Shown here piece after piece: positions 1 to 9,818 of a DNA stretch of 64,000 bases. The position numbers and the translations under genes were made by a program. How positions within the stretch are numbered: the stretch's first letter is position 1; each line of letters begins with the position of its first letter. This DNA is from Polyangiaceae bacterium (GTDB taxonomy: Bacteria > Myxococcota_A > Polyangia > Polyangiales > Polyangiaceae), in assembly GCA_033763455.1 (NCBI GenBank), contig JANRKO010000035.1, positions 17,905 to 81,904 on the forward strand, in the 5' to 3' direction. A model generated the notes under the pieces. That model had not been told where the DNA came from and did not search any database. It saw only the letters and a program-made list of their open reading frames with translations.

Positions 1-71
1 GCGGCCAGCACTACTAGTGCAAACCGATTTTCCTCGTGCTCTAGGCAATCTTCAACGGTAACGCGTGCCAT
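1..71 (-). CDS. rpoZ: RNA polymerase omega subunit, 5' part (runs off the window edge)
   Basis: Manual translation from the ATG at 71 gives [24 protein letters not shown], the typical RpoZ N-terminus. Not in the ORF track. Confidence 0.93.
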   Translation of the reverse strand, partial: [23 protein letters not shown]

Positions 72-84
72 GGGGTCGCCGAAG

Positions 85-1851
85 CTAGTCGACGCCTCCC
101 CGAGCCGCAAGCACCTTCGGAGCCACGAGGCTCTCGAGCGATGGGTGGCCAGGCGCGATCAAACGAAGCTTCTCCGCGAACATGCTAGCCGCCTGGAAGT
201 CTTGAAGGGAGAAAAGCATGAGCGCATGTTCAGCTAGTTGATCTTCTAGGACTCGCAACGTTCCTGCGTCGCGGGCGCCAGACCTTTGGGCCAGAGCCAC
301 GACACGGCTGAATGCCGCGTCGGACTCCAAGGCGGCCCCTTCACGATCCGAGCGGCCGAGCGCGTGGGGCGAAAACGCTACCCAAAAGCCGTGCGGCACC
401 AGGTGCTCTCGCATCCGTGGGTCCCAATTCGGATCGAATTCCACGAACAATGGCCGCTCGACCGCCAGGGAAGACAGAGCAAATTCACTGGGGCGGCGAC
501 TCAGACGCAGATCCCGAACCACCGGTGCAAGCGCTGGCACCTGGCCAATCAGAGCATTGGCACCACTGCCATGCTTCAACGCGGCGAGGGGCGCCACTAT
601 CAGGTCAGGACGTTGACCGCCGATTTCACGAGCAGCCCACAGGTGCCAGGCAAGCTTCGCGCTATCCAGCAACAAGACGCCACCCGGAGGCAGATCACTC
701 AAGGCCTCGTCGGTCCAAGCTTCGCTCGCGACGTGATCGCGACGGGCCGCGACATGTGTGGAGCGTTCGAAACCGAGCAGCACCAAAACGTAAAGTGCCG
801 TCACCAAGAGGCCCACGCTCTGCCGCGCCATGGGCACCCGCAAGCGGGAGAGAGTGAAAGCCGAAGCCGCTCCAACGCCAGCAAAAATGCCAATGCCCGC
901 GAGGCCAAGCAGGGCCAAAGGCGCCCAGGGATTGGCCCCAAAGGCTTCCTCGTTCGTGTGCCCAAAGAACGCTCCTGCTACGCACAGTGTAGCCAGTGAA
1001 AGCGCCAAAGCTCGGGTGTTAGAACGCAGGAACGTCGCCCCTATACCCAGAAGGGCTAACCCAAGCGCAAGCAGAGTGAAGTTCTCATCCACCATTGCGA
1101 GCGGTTGCTCGTTGGTCACCCGAGGGGCGGTTTCGCCGGCAAATGCGATACCCAGATCGGTGAAGGTACCGCCGGAACGAAGCAGCTGCCCGAAGATAAG
1201 GCCAAGCGCGGTGAGGAAAAAAATGCCCAGCGCCACAGCTATCAGCCGTTTCGACCACGGCAGCACCCCGCGCCGTGTGCTCACGCGCACGCCGATTGCG
1301 ACAGCCAACGCCAAGGCCGCCACCCAACTCTCAGCGAGCGCCGCACCAAGCAGCGCCGCCAAGGCGAGCGGCACCCAAGGCGCCTCAGGTTCTCGACACA
1401 CCCAGAGCCCTGCCAAACACAGCACCGCGGCCAGAGTGAGGCCCCCTCCAACCGTGGCTTCGAGCTGCCAAGCGGGCGCCAGGGTAACCAGCCAGGCGGC
1501 ACCCAAAGCTGCAGCACTCGCCGCACCAGGCGCGACGCCGAGCAGGCGGGCCAAATGCCGCGTGAGTTGATAGATCAAGGCGCCCGCGAGGCTGAGCGCC
1601 AAGACCGAAACGAGCGCGGCTCGGAGCCACTTGCCGCCAATCGGAAGCTCAACAGCGAGGCTGCCCAACAGTGCCGAAAGGGCCCCCTGAACTGCCGGCG
1701 GGCCCTCCCCCACTGCTGCAAGGAGCGCGGCGTCGTCCCGCCACTGGCTGCCAAAGCTGGCGCGCCAAATACCGACGACGAGAGGTGCGGCGGCCGCCAG
1801 GTAGCCAATCGCGGCAAACAGAGGGCGTGGGGCCGTGGGGTTAGGCGACAT
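85..1851 (-). CDS. Polytopic membrane protein, possibly DUF2723/glycosyltransferase-like
   Basis: About 590 aa with many hydrophobic segments, then a soluble C-terminal domain. Ends 13 nt upstream of rpoZ. Start at ATG 1851 or GTG 1860. Confidence 0.6.
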   Translation of the reverse strand: MSPNPTAPRPLFAAIGYLAAAAPLVVGIWRASFGSQWRDDAALLAAVGEGPPAVQGALSALLGSLAVELPIGGKWLRAALVSVLALSLAGALIYQLTRHLARLLGVAPGAASAAALGAAWLVTLAPAWQLEATVGGGLTLAAVLCLAGLWVCREPEAPWVPLALAALLGAALAESWVAALALAVAIGVRVSTRRGVLPWSKRLIAVALGIFFLTALGLIFGQLLRSGGTFTDLGIAFAGETAPRVTNEQPLAMVDENFTLLALGLALLGIGATFLRSNTRALALSLATLCVAGAFFGHTNEEAFGANPWAPLALLGLAGIGIFAGVGAASAFTLSRLRVPMARQSVGLLVTALYVLVLLGFERSTHVAARRDHVASEAWTDEALSDLPPGGVLLLDSAKLAWHLWAAREIGGQRPDLIVAPLAALKHGSGANALIGQVPALAPVVRDLRLSRRPSEFALSSLAVERPLFVEFDPNWDPRMREHLVPHGFWVAFSPHALGRSDREGAALESDAAFSRVVALAQRSGARDAGTLRVLEDQLAEHALMLFSLQDFQAASMFAEKLRLIAPGHPSLESLVAPKVLAARGGVD

Positions 1852-2010
1852 TGCTCCCACTAGGAATGCCCAGAAATTTGGAACTTGGCCTAGTTTCTGG
1901 AAGTGTTCCTGGGAACGTTCCGGCGCGGAATTGAGCGCTCAGCGTTTCAGCGCTAAAAGGCGCGCCCCGCTCCCGAAACCGCAATCTTTCGAATTTTCTG
2001 AGGCATTCCC

Positions 2011-3897
2011 TTGGCCCGCTTCATCGACGAACTCAAACGCACCCATCACTGCGCCGCGATTCGCGCCGCCGATATTGGCAAAGAGGTTGTGCTTTTTGGC
2101 TGGGTTGCCAACCGGCGGGACCACGGTTCGCTGATTTTCGTCGACCTCCGCGATCGCGAAGGCGTGACCCAGATCGTGTTTGACCCGGATGCCTCCAAGC
2201 AGGCCCACGAGCTCGCCAATACCTTTCGTGGGGAGTGGGTAGTGGGTGTGCGCGGTCGAGTGCGGAGCCGTGGCGAACAGTTCAGTAAGAAGGAAGGGCG
2301 CTTGATGAGCGCTGCCAATCCGAACCTGCCAACGGGGGAGGTGGAGCTCGAAGTGCTGGAAGCTACCGTCTTCAACAAGAGCGAAACACCGCCTTTTGAG
2401 ATTGAAGCACGCAGCGAAACTCGCGAAGAAGTGCGGCTCGAATACCGCTACCTCGACCTGCGCCGAGCCCCCTTGCAGGAAGCGCTCAAGCAGCGCCACC
2501 GAGTGAACCAGGCCACGCGCAATTACCTTTCCAACAACGGTTGCTTGGAACTCGAAACGCCCGTGCTCGTGAAATACACGCCGGGCGGCGCCCGCAACTT
2601 CCTCGTGCCCTCTCGCCTCCACGCAGGAAAATTTTACGCGCTGGCCGAGAGCCCACAGCTCTTTAAGCAGCTGTTCATGGTGGCGGGCTTTGAGCGCTAC
2701 TTTCAGATCGTCCGCTGCTTCCGCGATGAAGATTTACGGATCGATCGGCAGCCTGAGTTTACGCAGATCGACATTGAGCTCAGCTTCGTCAACCAAGACG
2801 ACGTCTTTAGCCTCGTTGAAGGCCTCGTCTTCGAGATTTGGCGAGCTGCCCTCGGCGTCGATTTGAAGGAAAAATACCCTTCGGGGCACTTCCCGAGGAT
2901 CAAGTTCGACGATGCGATGCGCGACTATGGCAACGACAAGCCAGACCTGCGCTTTGGGATGAAGCATGTGGATCTCACCGAATTGGTGATCGACCACTCA
3001 GGCGGCGGCGTTGGCTTTTTTGCTCCCATCGCCGAGAAGTTCAAGAACGGAACTTACCGCCGAGATCTGCCCACGGAGATCGTAAAAGCGATGGTGATTC
3101 CAGCGTCCGCGAACCTCACGCGTACCGACGGAGATAAGCTGGAACAGGCGGCCAAGGGCATGGGCGCCGCGGGCTTGGCACGAGCCAAGATCGGCCCGAA
3201 CGGTGAATGGCTACAATCGCCACTGGCCAAGACTGTGACCGATGAATTCCGAACGGCCGTGAATCAGGCGCTCGGCGTCCAAGAAAACGACGTGGTGCTC
3301 TTCCAGTTTGGCCGCGCCGCGTTGGTGCACATGGTAATGGCGAATTTGCGGGTAATTCAGGCCAAAAAGATGGGCCTCATCCCCGAGGTCGGTCACGGTG
3401 GCGACTTCAACTTCGCCTGGGTCGTCGACCCGCCACTCTTTGAATACGACGACGACACCAAGCGATGGGCCGCAGCCCACCATGCTTTCACGCGTCCCCA
3501 CGACGAACACGTAGCGCTGCTCGAAAGCGATCCGGGCAAGGTGCTCTGTTACCGCTACGACCTCGTACTCAACGGTTTCGAAATCGCAGGCGGCTCCATT
3601 CGTTTGCACGATCCATTGGTGCAATCCAAGGTGTTCGCGGCGCTTGGGATCGACGCCAAAGAAGCCGAAGATAAGTTTGGGTTCTTGTTGAAAGCCTTGC
3701 GCTACGGAGCACCGCCGCACGGTGGCATCGCGCTTGGTATGGATCGCCTCGCTATGCTGCTCGGTGGTACGGAAAGCATCCGGGACGTGATCGCTTTCCC
3801 GAAGACTCAAAAGGGCACCGACGTGATGACCGAAGCTCCCGGCACCGTGTTGCCGGGCCAGCTGGCGGAGCTCAAGATCCGTTCAACGGCTGAATAA
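2011..3897 (+). CDS. aspS: Aspartate--tRNA ligase, probably non-discriminating
   Basis: Motifs RTH.C, GWVANRRDHG, RYLDLRR, FRDEDLR.DRQPEFTQID, PPHGGIALGMDR, IRDVIAFPK. TTG start. Confidence 0.97.
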   Translation: MARFIDELKRTHHCAAIRAADIGKEVVLFGWVANRRDHGSLIFVDLRDREGVTQIVFDPDASKQAHELANTFRGEWVVGVRGRVRSRGEQFSKKEGRLMSAANPNLPTGEVELEVLEATVFNKSETPPFEIEARSETREEVRLEYRYLDLRRAPLQEALKQRHRVNQATRNYLSNNGCLELETPVLVKYTPGGARNFLVPSRLHAGKFYALAESPQLFKQLFMVAGFERYFQIVRCFRDEDLRIDRQPEFTQIDIELSFVNQDDVFSLVEGLVFEIWRAALGVDLKEKYPSGHFPRIKFDDAMRDYGNDKPDLRFGMKHVDLTELVIDHSGGGVGFFAPIAEKFKNGTYRRDLPTEIVKAMVIPASANLTRTDGDKLEQAAKGMGAAGLARAKIGPNGEWLQSPLAKTVTDEFRTAVNQALGVQENDVVLFQFGRAALVHMVMANLRVIQAKKMGLIPEVGHGGDFNFAWVVDPPLFEYDDDTKRWAAAHHAFTRPHDEHVALLESDPGKVLCYRYDLVLNGFEIAGGSIRLHDPLVQSKVFAALGIDAKEAEDKFGFLLKALRYGAPPHGGIALGMDRLAMLLGGTESIRDVIAFPKTQKGTDVMTEAPGTVLPGQLAELKIRSTAE

Positions 3898-3924
3898 AAT
3901 CAGCTGGTTACGAAATTCGGCCAG

Positions 3925-3959
3925 GCTGCCGCCACTATTTACGTAAAAGTGGCGGCGGT
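3925..3959 (+). terminator. Stem-loop downstream of aspS
   Basis: GCTGCCGCCACT pairs with AGTGGCGGCGGT, 27 nt after the aspS stop. No clear U-tract. Confidence 0.5.
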
Positions 3960-4116
3960 CGACGCCCTGTTCCAGCTGTGCGCGCTGCTCTCTAGTTAAC
4001 CTGGCCCGCGCGCCCAAGCAGGTGAAAAGCCGCATTCCGCCCTATTTCTCGGGTACTTCGGGCAATCGATAGGGTAGCATCGTCGGTCGCATGCCCCTGG
4101 GAACGCTCGAGCTCGG

Positions 4117-5496
4117 ATGAGTGCCAAGATCCTCGTCGTTGACGACAGCCCAACCATTCGCAAGGTCGTTTCTTCGATCCTCGAGGCGCATTCCTATGAA
4201 GTCTTGCTGGCGGGGGATGGGCGAGATGCGCTCACGGTACTCGGGCAATCTTCCGTGGATTTGATCATGCTCGATTTCGTGATGCCGCGGATGAATGGCT
4301 TCCAGTTTTGTCGCGAGATACGCGGGCAAGATGCTTTGAAAGATTTGCCCGTGGTGCTGATGAGTGCCAAGGGCGACAAGATCCGGGGTCAATTCGTGCG
4401 CCAAACGGGCGCAATTGATTCGATCACCAAACCTTTCGATGCGCGCGGGCTGATCGCCGTGGTGGAAGGTGCCCTCAAAAAGAAGAACGAAGGGCGCACA
4501 CGCGCCACCATCCGCCCCGATGAAGACGGGCCACTGGATTCTTCTGCAAGCGGGCTTCACCTCAGCGCGGATCCAGGAGCGCGCCGCGCCCAAGCCGTCA
4601 GCGAATTCGCACTGGAGTTGGCGCGGCAGCTCACGCCTTCGATGGCAAAATCAGCGGGGTTCCGGGGTGTTACGCCAGAGCAGATTTCTTCGGCTTTGCG
4701 CGATGCGGTTACGGCCGAAGCCGTCTCGCGTTTGGCCGGGCTTTTGAAGTCTGTTGAGTTTGGTGAAAATGAGCGACAGGTTCTCTCTGGAGATTTGAGT
4801 GTTGTCTCAGTCGCGGAGATCTTGCAGCTACTCACCTTTCAGCGAAAAAGTGGAGCGCTCAGCGTGTTTACGCAGACTGCAGAGGTGGTGCTCTTCTTAC
4901 GCCAAGGCGACCTCGATTACGCCTCCTGGCGCGGGCTTACGGCTGAGTTCTTGCTGGGCAGATACTTAGTGGAAGAGGGTCTGCTCACCCGAGCAGAGCT
5001 GCAAACGGTGCTCGATAACCGCGCCGGCTCCAAGCGCCTTTTGGGGGAAACGCTAGTTGTTTTGGGGTTCGCTGATGAAGCTCAGATCCAAAAGGCACTG
5101 GAGCGTCAGACCTCCGAGCTCGTCTACGAAGTAGTGCGCTGGACAAAAGGCCGCTTCGTGTTTCACGTAAACGTGGAAAACCCCATCGCCGAAAAGACTC
5201 GTCTTGGTGCTCCCACGGGCGGGCTTGTGATGGAGGGCTTTCGCCGCGTGGATGAGTGGCGCGTTATCGAGGGCTCATTTGATTTTGAAGAAGTGCTCTA
5301 TTGCGACCAATTGGGCCTTGAGCAGCTCGGCGATGCCTCGCAACTGACGCCCATGGAGCGCCGTGTTTTGGCTGCAATCGACGGTGAAAATACCGTGCGC
5401 GAAATCGTGGCTGACATGGGTGGGAGCTCTTTTGAGGTGTGCAAGATCCTGTATCAATTCCTGAACTCGCGCCTCGTGCGGCGCAAAGCGCAGTAG
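4117..5496 (+). CDS. Response regulator, N-terminal REC plus DUF4388 (PatA-N-like) domain
   Basis: KILVVDDS...LIMLDFVMPRMNG...KPF receiver, then LSGDLSVVSVAEILQLL..RKSGAL, typical of myxobacterial DUF4388. Confidence 0.88.
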   Translation: MSAKILVVDDSPTIRKVVSSILEAHSYEVLLAGDGRDALTVLGQSSVDLIMLDFVMPRMNGFQFCREIRGQDALKDLPVVLMSAKGDKIRGQFVRQTGAIDSITKPFDARGLIAVVEGALKKKNEGRTRATIRPDEDGPLDSSASGLHLSADPGARRAQAVSEFALELARQLTPSMAKSAGFRGVTPEQISSALRDAVTAEAVSRLAGLLKSVEFGENERQVLSGDLSVVSVAEILQLLTFQRKSGALSVFTQTAEVVLFLRQGDLDYASWRGLTAEFLLGRYLVEEGLLTRAELQTVLDNRAGSKRLLGETLVVLGFADEAQIQKALERQTSELVYEVVRWTKGRFVFHVNVENPIAEKTRLGAPTGGLVMEGFRRVDEWRVIEGSFDFEEVLYCDQLGLEQLGDASQLTPMERRVLAAIDGENTVREIVADMGGSSFEVCKILYQFLNSRLVRRKAQ

Positions 5497-5499
5497 GCC

Positions 5500-6759
5500 T
5501 TGGCGAGCTTTTGGGTGTGTGCACCCCTCGGCGCGTCCGCGGGCGCGGACGAAGTGGACGCCGTGCAAAGCCTCTTTCGGACAACGGACTCCCTGTTTGA
5601 GGTGAAGGAAGAGTTGGCGCGCAGCTATGCTCGCATTTGGGTGGTTCGAGAGGGGCCTTGGGGCCCCGTTGTGGGAGCCCTATTGGCCTGGTTCGCTGCC
5701 GATGAAATGCAAGTGTTGCACGTCGCCTGCGCCGAGGCCGCGCGCCGAAAGGGCGTCGGAAGCCTGCTCTTCAGCACGGCCCAAAGAGAGGCCATCTTGC
5801 GCCATTGCAGGCTGATATTGCTGGAAACTCGGCGATCCAACACACCGGCCATCGCTCTTTACAAACGCTTTGGATTTGAAACAGTCCGTGAGCGCCGTGC
5901 CTATTACCAAACGCCCACAGAAGATGCTCTGGAGATGGCCTTGACTCTCAAGATCCCTAAACAACTTAAGCGCGTAAAGCTGCTCAATAGAACCGCCATT
6001 GGAGAATCCTACCAGGTTCTCACCTTCGATGATCCTTCCGAAACATTGGCCGAGCCAGGCCAATTTGTAATGGTGCGCGGGGAAGATTGGGGTGAGGCTC
6101 CACTTTTGGCGCGCCCGATGAGCTACCTTTCGGCTGGCAAACAGCCATCCATCTTGATCAAAGTGATAGGCAAAGGCACGTTGGCCATGGCGCGTGCGGA
6201 AGCCGGTTCTTGGTTCACGCTCATGGGGCCACTCGGTACGCGCTGGCGCGACCCAGACCCAGCTCGAAAAGTGGTGCTCGTGGGCGGCGGGGTTGGAATA
6301 GCTCCTCTGCTCTTTTTCGCTGAAAAGCTCAAAACTTCGGGCATTTCTTGCACCACTATCTACGGCGGGCGCAGCGATAAAGACCTACCTTTGCTCGAAG
6401 AATTGAGGAGTTTGAGCGAGGTCGTGGTGACCACCGAAGACGGCTCCCTTGGGACCCGCGGTCGTGTTACTGAAGCGCTCGCGGGGCTCTTGCAGGGCTC
6501 GGTACAGGTTTACACCTGCGGGCCTGACCGCATGATGGCTAAAGTTGCCGAGATGTGCCGTGAGGCGAACACTCCGTGCGAAGTGTCGCTCGAAACGCCG
6601 ATGGCCTGTGGTTACGGTGTCTGCCTAGGTTGTCCCGTACCCACCCACGACGGCAAGTATTTATATGCGTGTGTGGAAGGGCCCTGTATCGACTCCGATC
6701 GTGTAGATTTCGCCCGAGCGGGGCACGCCCCCGTGCGCAAAGAGGCGGTGCACAAGTGA
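5500..6759 (+). CDS. pyrK: In-frame fusion of a RimI-like GNAT acetyltransferase and the dihydroorotate dehydrogenase electron-transfer subunit
   Basis: aa 1-150: ARRKGVG, LETRRSN..AIALYKRFGF..RRAYY..EDALEM (RimI). aa ~150-419: PGQFVMV, RPMS, GGGVGIAP, CGP, MACGYGVCLGC...CVEGP (PyrK 2Fe-2S). Confidence 0.88.
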   Translation: MASFWVCAPLGASAGADEVDAVQSLFRTTDSLFEVKEELARSYARIWVVREGPWGPVVGALLAWFAADEMQVLHVACAEAARRKGVGSLLFSTAQREAILRHCRLILLETRRSNTPAIALYKRFGFETVRERRAYYQTPTEDALEMALTLKIPKQLKRVKLLNRTAIGESYQVLTFDDPSETLAEPGQFVMVRGEDWGEAPLLARPMSYLSAGKQPSILIKVIGKGTLAMARAEAGSWFTLMGPLGTRWRDPDPARKVVLVGGGVGIAPLLFFAEKLKTSGISCTTIYGGRSDKDLPLLEELRSLSEVVVTTEDGSLGTRGRVTEALAGLLQGSVQVYTCGPDRMMAKVAEMCREANTPCEVSLETPMACGYGVCLGCPVPTHDGKYLYACVEGPCIDSDRVDFARAGHAPVRKEAVHK

Positions 6760-7661
6760 CGGACCTTTCTGTAAAAATTGGGCAAGTAACCCTCAAAAAC
6801 CCGATCCTTACGGCTTCGGGCTGCTTTGGGTACGGCCTCGAATACGACGATTTCTACGACGTGGCGGAGCTCGGCGGTATCTGCACCAAGGGCCTGAGCT
6901 TGCACCCGCGCGCCGGAAACCCTCCCGAACGCATCTGCGAGACCTCCGCTGGAATGCTGAACGCAATCGGCCTTGCCAACGTAGGCGTGGAGGCTTTCTG
7001 TACGGAGAAGCTCCCAAAGTTAAGAGAGCGCGGCGTCACGGTCATCGCCAACATCTTCGCGAGCAGCGTTGATGATTTCGTTACAATCACGCGCCGCTTG
7101 GAGAGGGAGACCGGCGTTACTGCCATTGAGCTCAATGTATCTTGCCCCAACGTAACCCACGGCGGCATTGAGTTTGGGCGCGATGCGGGCCTGGCTTCGG
7201 AAGTCACACGTCGTGTGCGCGACGCCACACGCTTGCCTATTTGGGTCAAAATGAGCCCCGAGGCAGGGGATTTTGCGGGAGTAGGCCAGGCGTGCGAGGC
7301 GGCGGGGGCCGATGCGCTTACCGCCATCAACACCATCCGCGGCATGTCCATTGATGTGCGTACCAAACGCTTGCGGTTGGCCAACCGCACGGGGGGAATG
7401 AGCGGCCCAGCTCTGAAGCCAATTGCCCTCCGCATGGTGTGGGAGCTGAAGCGCGCCGTTTCGATTCCCATCATTGGGATCGGGGGCGCCACGAACGCCG
7501 AAGACGTAATCGAATTCATGTTGGCGGGTGCGAGCGCCGTGCAGCTTGGGACGGTGAATTTTTACGACCCAGGCGCGGGCATCAAAGCTGTGCGAGGTCT
7601 TGAGTCCTATTGCAAGGAGCAAGGCGTGAACGCCCAAGAGCTGGTGGGTCAGGCCCAATGA
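6756..7661 (+). CDS. pyrD: Dihydroorotate dehydrogenase B, catalytic subunit
   Basis: LKNPILTASGCFGYG, GNPPERICET..GMLNAIGLAN, ELNVSCPNV, GGMSGPALKP. The GTG start overlaps the upstream TGA (GTGA). Confidence 0.96.
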   Translation: MTDLSVKIGQVTLKNPILTASGCFGYGLEYDDFYDVAELGGICTKGLSLHPRAGNPPERICETSAGMLNAIGLANVGVEAFCTEKLPKLRERGVTVIANIFASSVDDFVTITRRLERETGVTAIELNVSCPNVTHGGIEFGRDAGLASEVTRRVRDATRLPIWVKMSPEAGDFAGVGQACEAAGADALTAINTIRGMSIDVRTKRLRLANRTGGMSGPALKPIALRMVWELKRAVSIPIIGIGGATNAEDVIEFMLAGASAVQLGTVNFYDPGAGIKAVRGLESYCKEQGVNAQELVGQAQ

Positions 7662-8923
7662 GGTGGCAGCGGCCGGCAAAGGTGTGGCTTTCAGTCGCCC
7701 TGGCCGGCTGCGAACCGGAAAATGTCGCCACCCTTCAAGAACCGCCGAGCGAGCGCAGCCCGAACGCCAAGATCCAACCGGCACCGCTCGCGCCCTCCAA
7801 GGGCAGCAAGGCGGATCTTGGAAGTGCCGGAGGGAAGGCGCATGCCGGTGGCATCACGGACGCGGCTGAACTCAAGTCTGTGCGGGACGATCAACCCGTG
7901 CCCGCCGCGCCTCTGACAGCGAGCGAGCCTGAAACCTTGCAGCTGCAAGCACGATTTCAGTGGTTCGATTTGCCGCCCAGCGGAACTGTTCGCGATGTGC
8001 AACGCAGCACACTCGACCGGCTTGCTCGGCGTACGGCGCTCAACATGAGCCTCATCCTCACGCACGGAGGGCGGCTGCGGATCCGCTTCGACTCTGCCGG
8101 ATTCATGTTCCCCGATCAAAGCGAAGTGCAGGCGCGCAGCGATCTACTTGGCCACATTCTGGTTTGGCCCAAAGGTGGAACCTACCGAACGCTGCCTTTG
8201 GGCTCACTCCGCGCGGTGTTCCTGGAGCGGCGCGTGGACGTGACACCCCTCAGCAGCCCTGCGGTGGCACAGCGGGTGGGCGCCGGGCGAGCCTTCGAGC
8301 AACCCGCCGAGCAGAGCGAGTTGAAGACGAGCCACGGCAAGGTTCGGCTGAATGGCGCGCAAATTGCCGGGTTTGAGGCGTCTGGAGCTGTCTTGTGTCG
8401 GTTTCTCGCGGAGCTCATCGGCGCCACTCCCGACAACCCCATCTGTGAAAGTGGGCTCGTTCCGATACGGGCTGATTACCAGTGGGAGCGTGGGGGGCAG
8501 CTCGCGTTCATTGTTGAGAGCTTGCAACGGCATGTGGATCCGGACACACCCCCACTCCAGGTGCCCCCGAGCGATGCCCGCTTCACGCAGGGCGAGTGGC
8601 CTCACCAAGATCCGCTCCTTGCCGATTCAGACACCCTCAATGCGCTCCGCGCCTCTTTCGGTAGCGAAGAAGCAAAAGGCCACGGCCTCAACATCTTTAA
8701 CAACACCAAGCTTTTGCGCTACGTGCTTATCGACACCACGCCCGTGGCGCTACTCGCTCCCGGTACCACCCTGCGGGTAGAGGTTCCTGCCGGCCGCTAC
8801 CAACTCCAACTCCGCGACTTTTTCGGGCAAGACGCACTTTTACCCAGGATCGTTACCGCGCCCACGCGCGTCACCGCCGCACCCGAAGTCAGCCCCAGTG
8901 CGGACTCGGAACCGAAGCGCTAG
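7658..8923 (+). CDS. Hypothetical lipoprotein
   Basis: ATGA overlap with the pyrD stop. Signal peptide with lipobox LAGC, then a Pro/Ala-rich linker and a globular domain. Confidence 0.7.
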   Translation: MRWQRPAKVWLSVALAGCEPENVATLQEPPSERSPNAKIQPAPLAPSKGSKADLGSAGGKAHAGGITDAAELKSVRDDQPVPAAPLTASEPETLQLQARFQWFDLPPSGTVRDVQRSTLDRLARRTALNMSLILTHGGRLRIRFDSAGFMFPDQSEVQARSDLLGHILVWPKGGTYRTLPLGSLRAVFLERRVDVTPLSSPAVAQRVGAGRAFEQPAEQSELKTSHGKVRLNGAQIAGFEASGAVLCRFLAELIGATPDNPICESGLVPIRADYQWERGGQLAFIVESLQRHVDPDTPPLQVPPSDARFTQGEWPHQDPLLADSDTLNALRASFGSEEAKGHGLNIFNNTKLLRYVLIDTTPVALLAPGTTLRVEVPAGRYQLQLRDFFGQDALLPRIVTAPTRVTAAPEVSPSADSEPKR

Positions 8924-8924
8924 C

Positions 8925-9584
8925 TCAATTCAGTCCGTGGCCGAACTCTGCCGCGTAATCGTTCTCGCTGAATTCAACATCCGCGTATCCGCGCGCGCTC
9001 ATCCTGAGCCGCAACGCTTCAACGGCTATTTCGAGCGCCTCAAGCCGAGTGGTGAGTAAGTAGAACTCCGCTTCGGGCACAGGTGGTGCCTCGCTCAGCC
9101 TAAAATCTAGGGCTTCGCGATCTTCGGGCGCAACGCGCAAGTGCGAACGTGGGCCATCGTGTTCGGTGGTGTTAAAAAGCGCGTCATATGCGACACCAAT
9201 TGGGTTGAACCACAGGAAAACGCTGCGCAAACACAGCTGCCAATCGTGAACGTTGGGTGCACTTGCCCGCCACATCCCAAAGTGTGCTTTGCGCACAACT
9301 TCTCCGAAGTACGCACCCACCACGCGAGCCAACAGCGGACCAAGCTCAGGCTTTGCGGAAAGCTCCCCCCTGACGCCGGCGATGTAGTGGTCCAGCAGGG
9401 GGAGCGTCTCAGGGGTGAAATCCAGCGGCACCTTCAGCGACCGCCAGACATACTGGACGCATGATCCGCATAGCTCAGCAACGTGATCGGGCACGTCAAT
9501 AAGGGTGATCGGGGCGGGTAAGTCCGAGGAGGCATCGTCGAAGGACTGGGGGGAGCGGGAGTCGTCGTCAGAAGGAGGCACCAC
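8925..9584 (-). CDS. Hypothetical protein
   Basis: Protein-like stretch (LDFTPETLPLLDHY..GAYFGEVVR). Start set at GTG 9584 because the upstream ORF extension looks non-coding and overlaps the divergent promoter region. Confidence 0.7.
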   Translation of the reverse strand: MVPPSDDDSRSPQSFDDASSDLPAPITLIDVPDHVAELCGSCVQYVWRSLKVPLDFTPETLPLLDHYIAGVRGELSAKPELGPLLARVVGAYFGEVVRKAHFGMWRASAPNVHDWQLCLRSVFLWFNPIGVAYDALFNTTEHDGPRSHLRVAPEDREALDFRLSEAPPVPEAEFYLLTTRLEALEIAVEALRLRMSARGYADVEFSENDYAAEFGHGLN

Positions 9585-9818
9585 GCGGCCAGCATAGCCG
9601 AAAAGAGCTGCGAAACTCCCGCAATCCCTCCGTGCGGGGAGCAAAACAAAGTGCTCGGCCCCAAAATCGCGGGAACTTCCTGAAGCGGCCAAAGAGGCAG
9701 CGCGGCGTCGATTGCGGGCATGGCCGAACCGGCGCGTTTCGGCAAAAGCTAAACAAATCGGGGCGAATACCAGCCGGGGGGCTTGGATCTGGCGCCAGCG
9801 TGTTATCGTTTGTGCTCT

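Noticed and set aside
286..1863. Long + strand ORFs opposite the membrane protein gene, and similar shadow ORFs throughout the window
   Set aside because: Antisense or alternate-frame shadows of real genes in GC-rich DNA, with no recognisable motifs.
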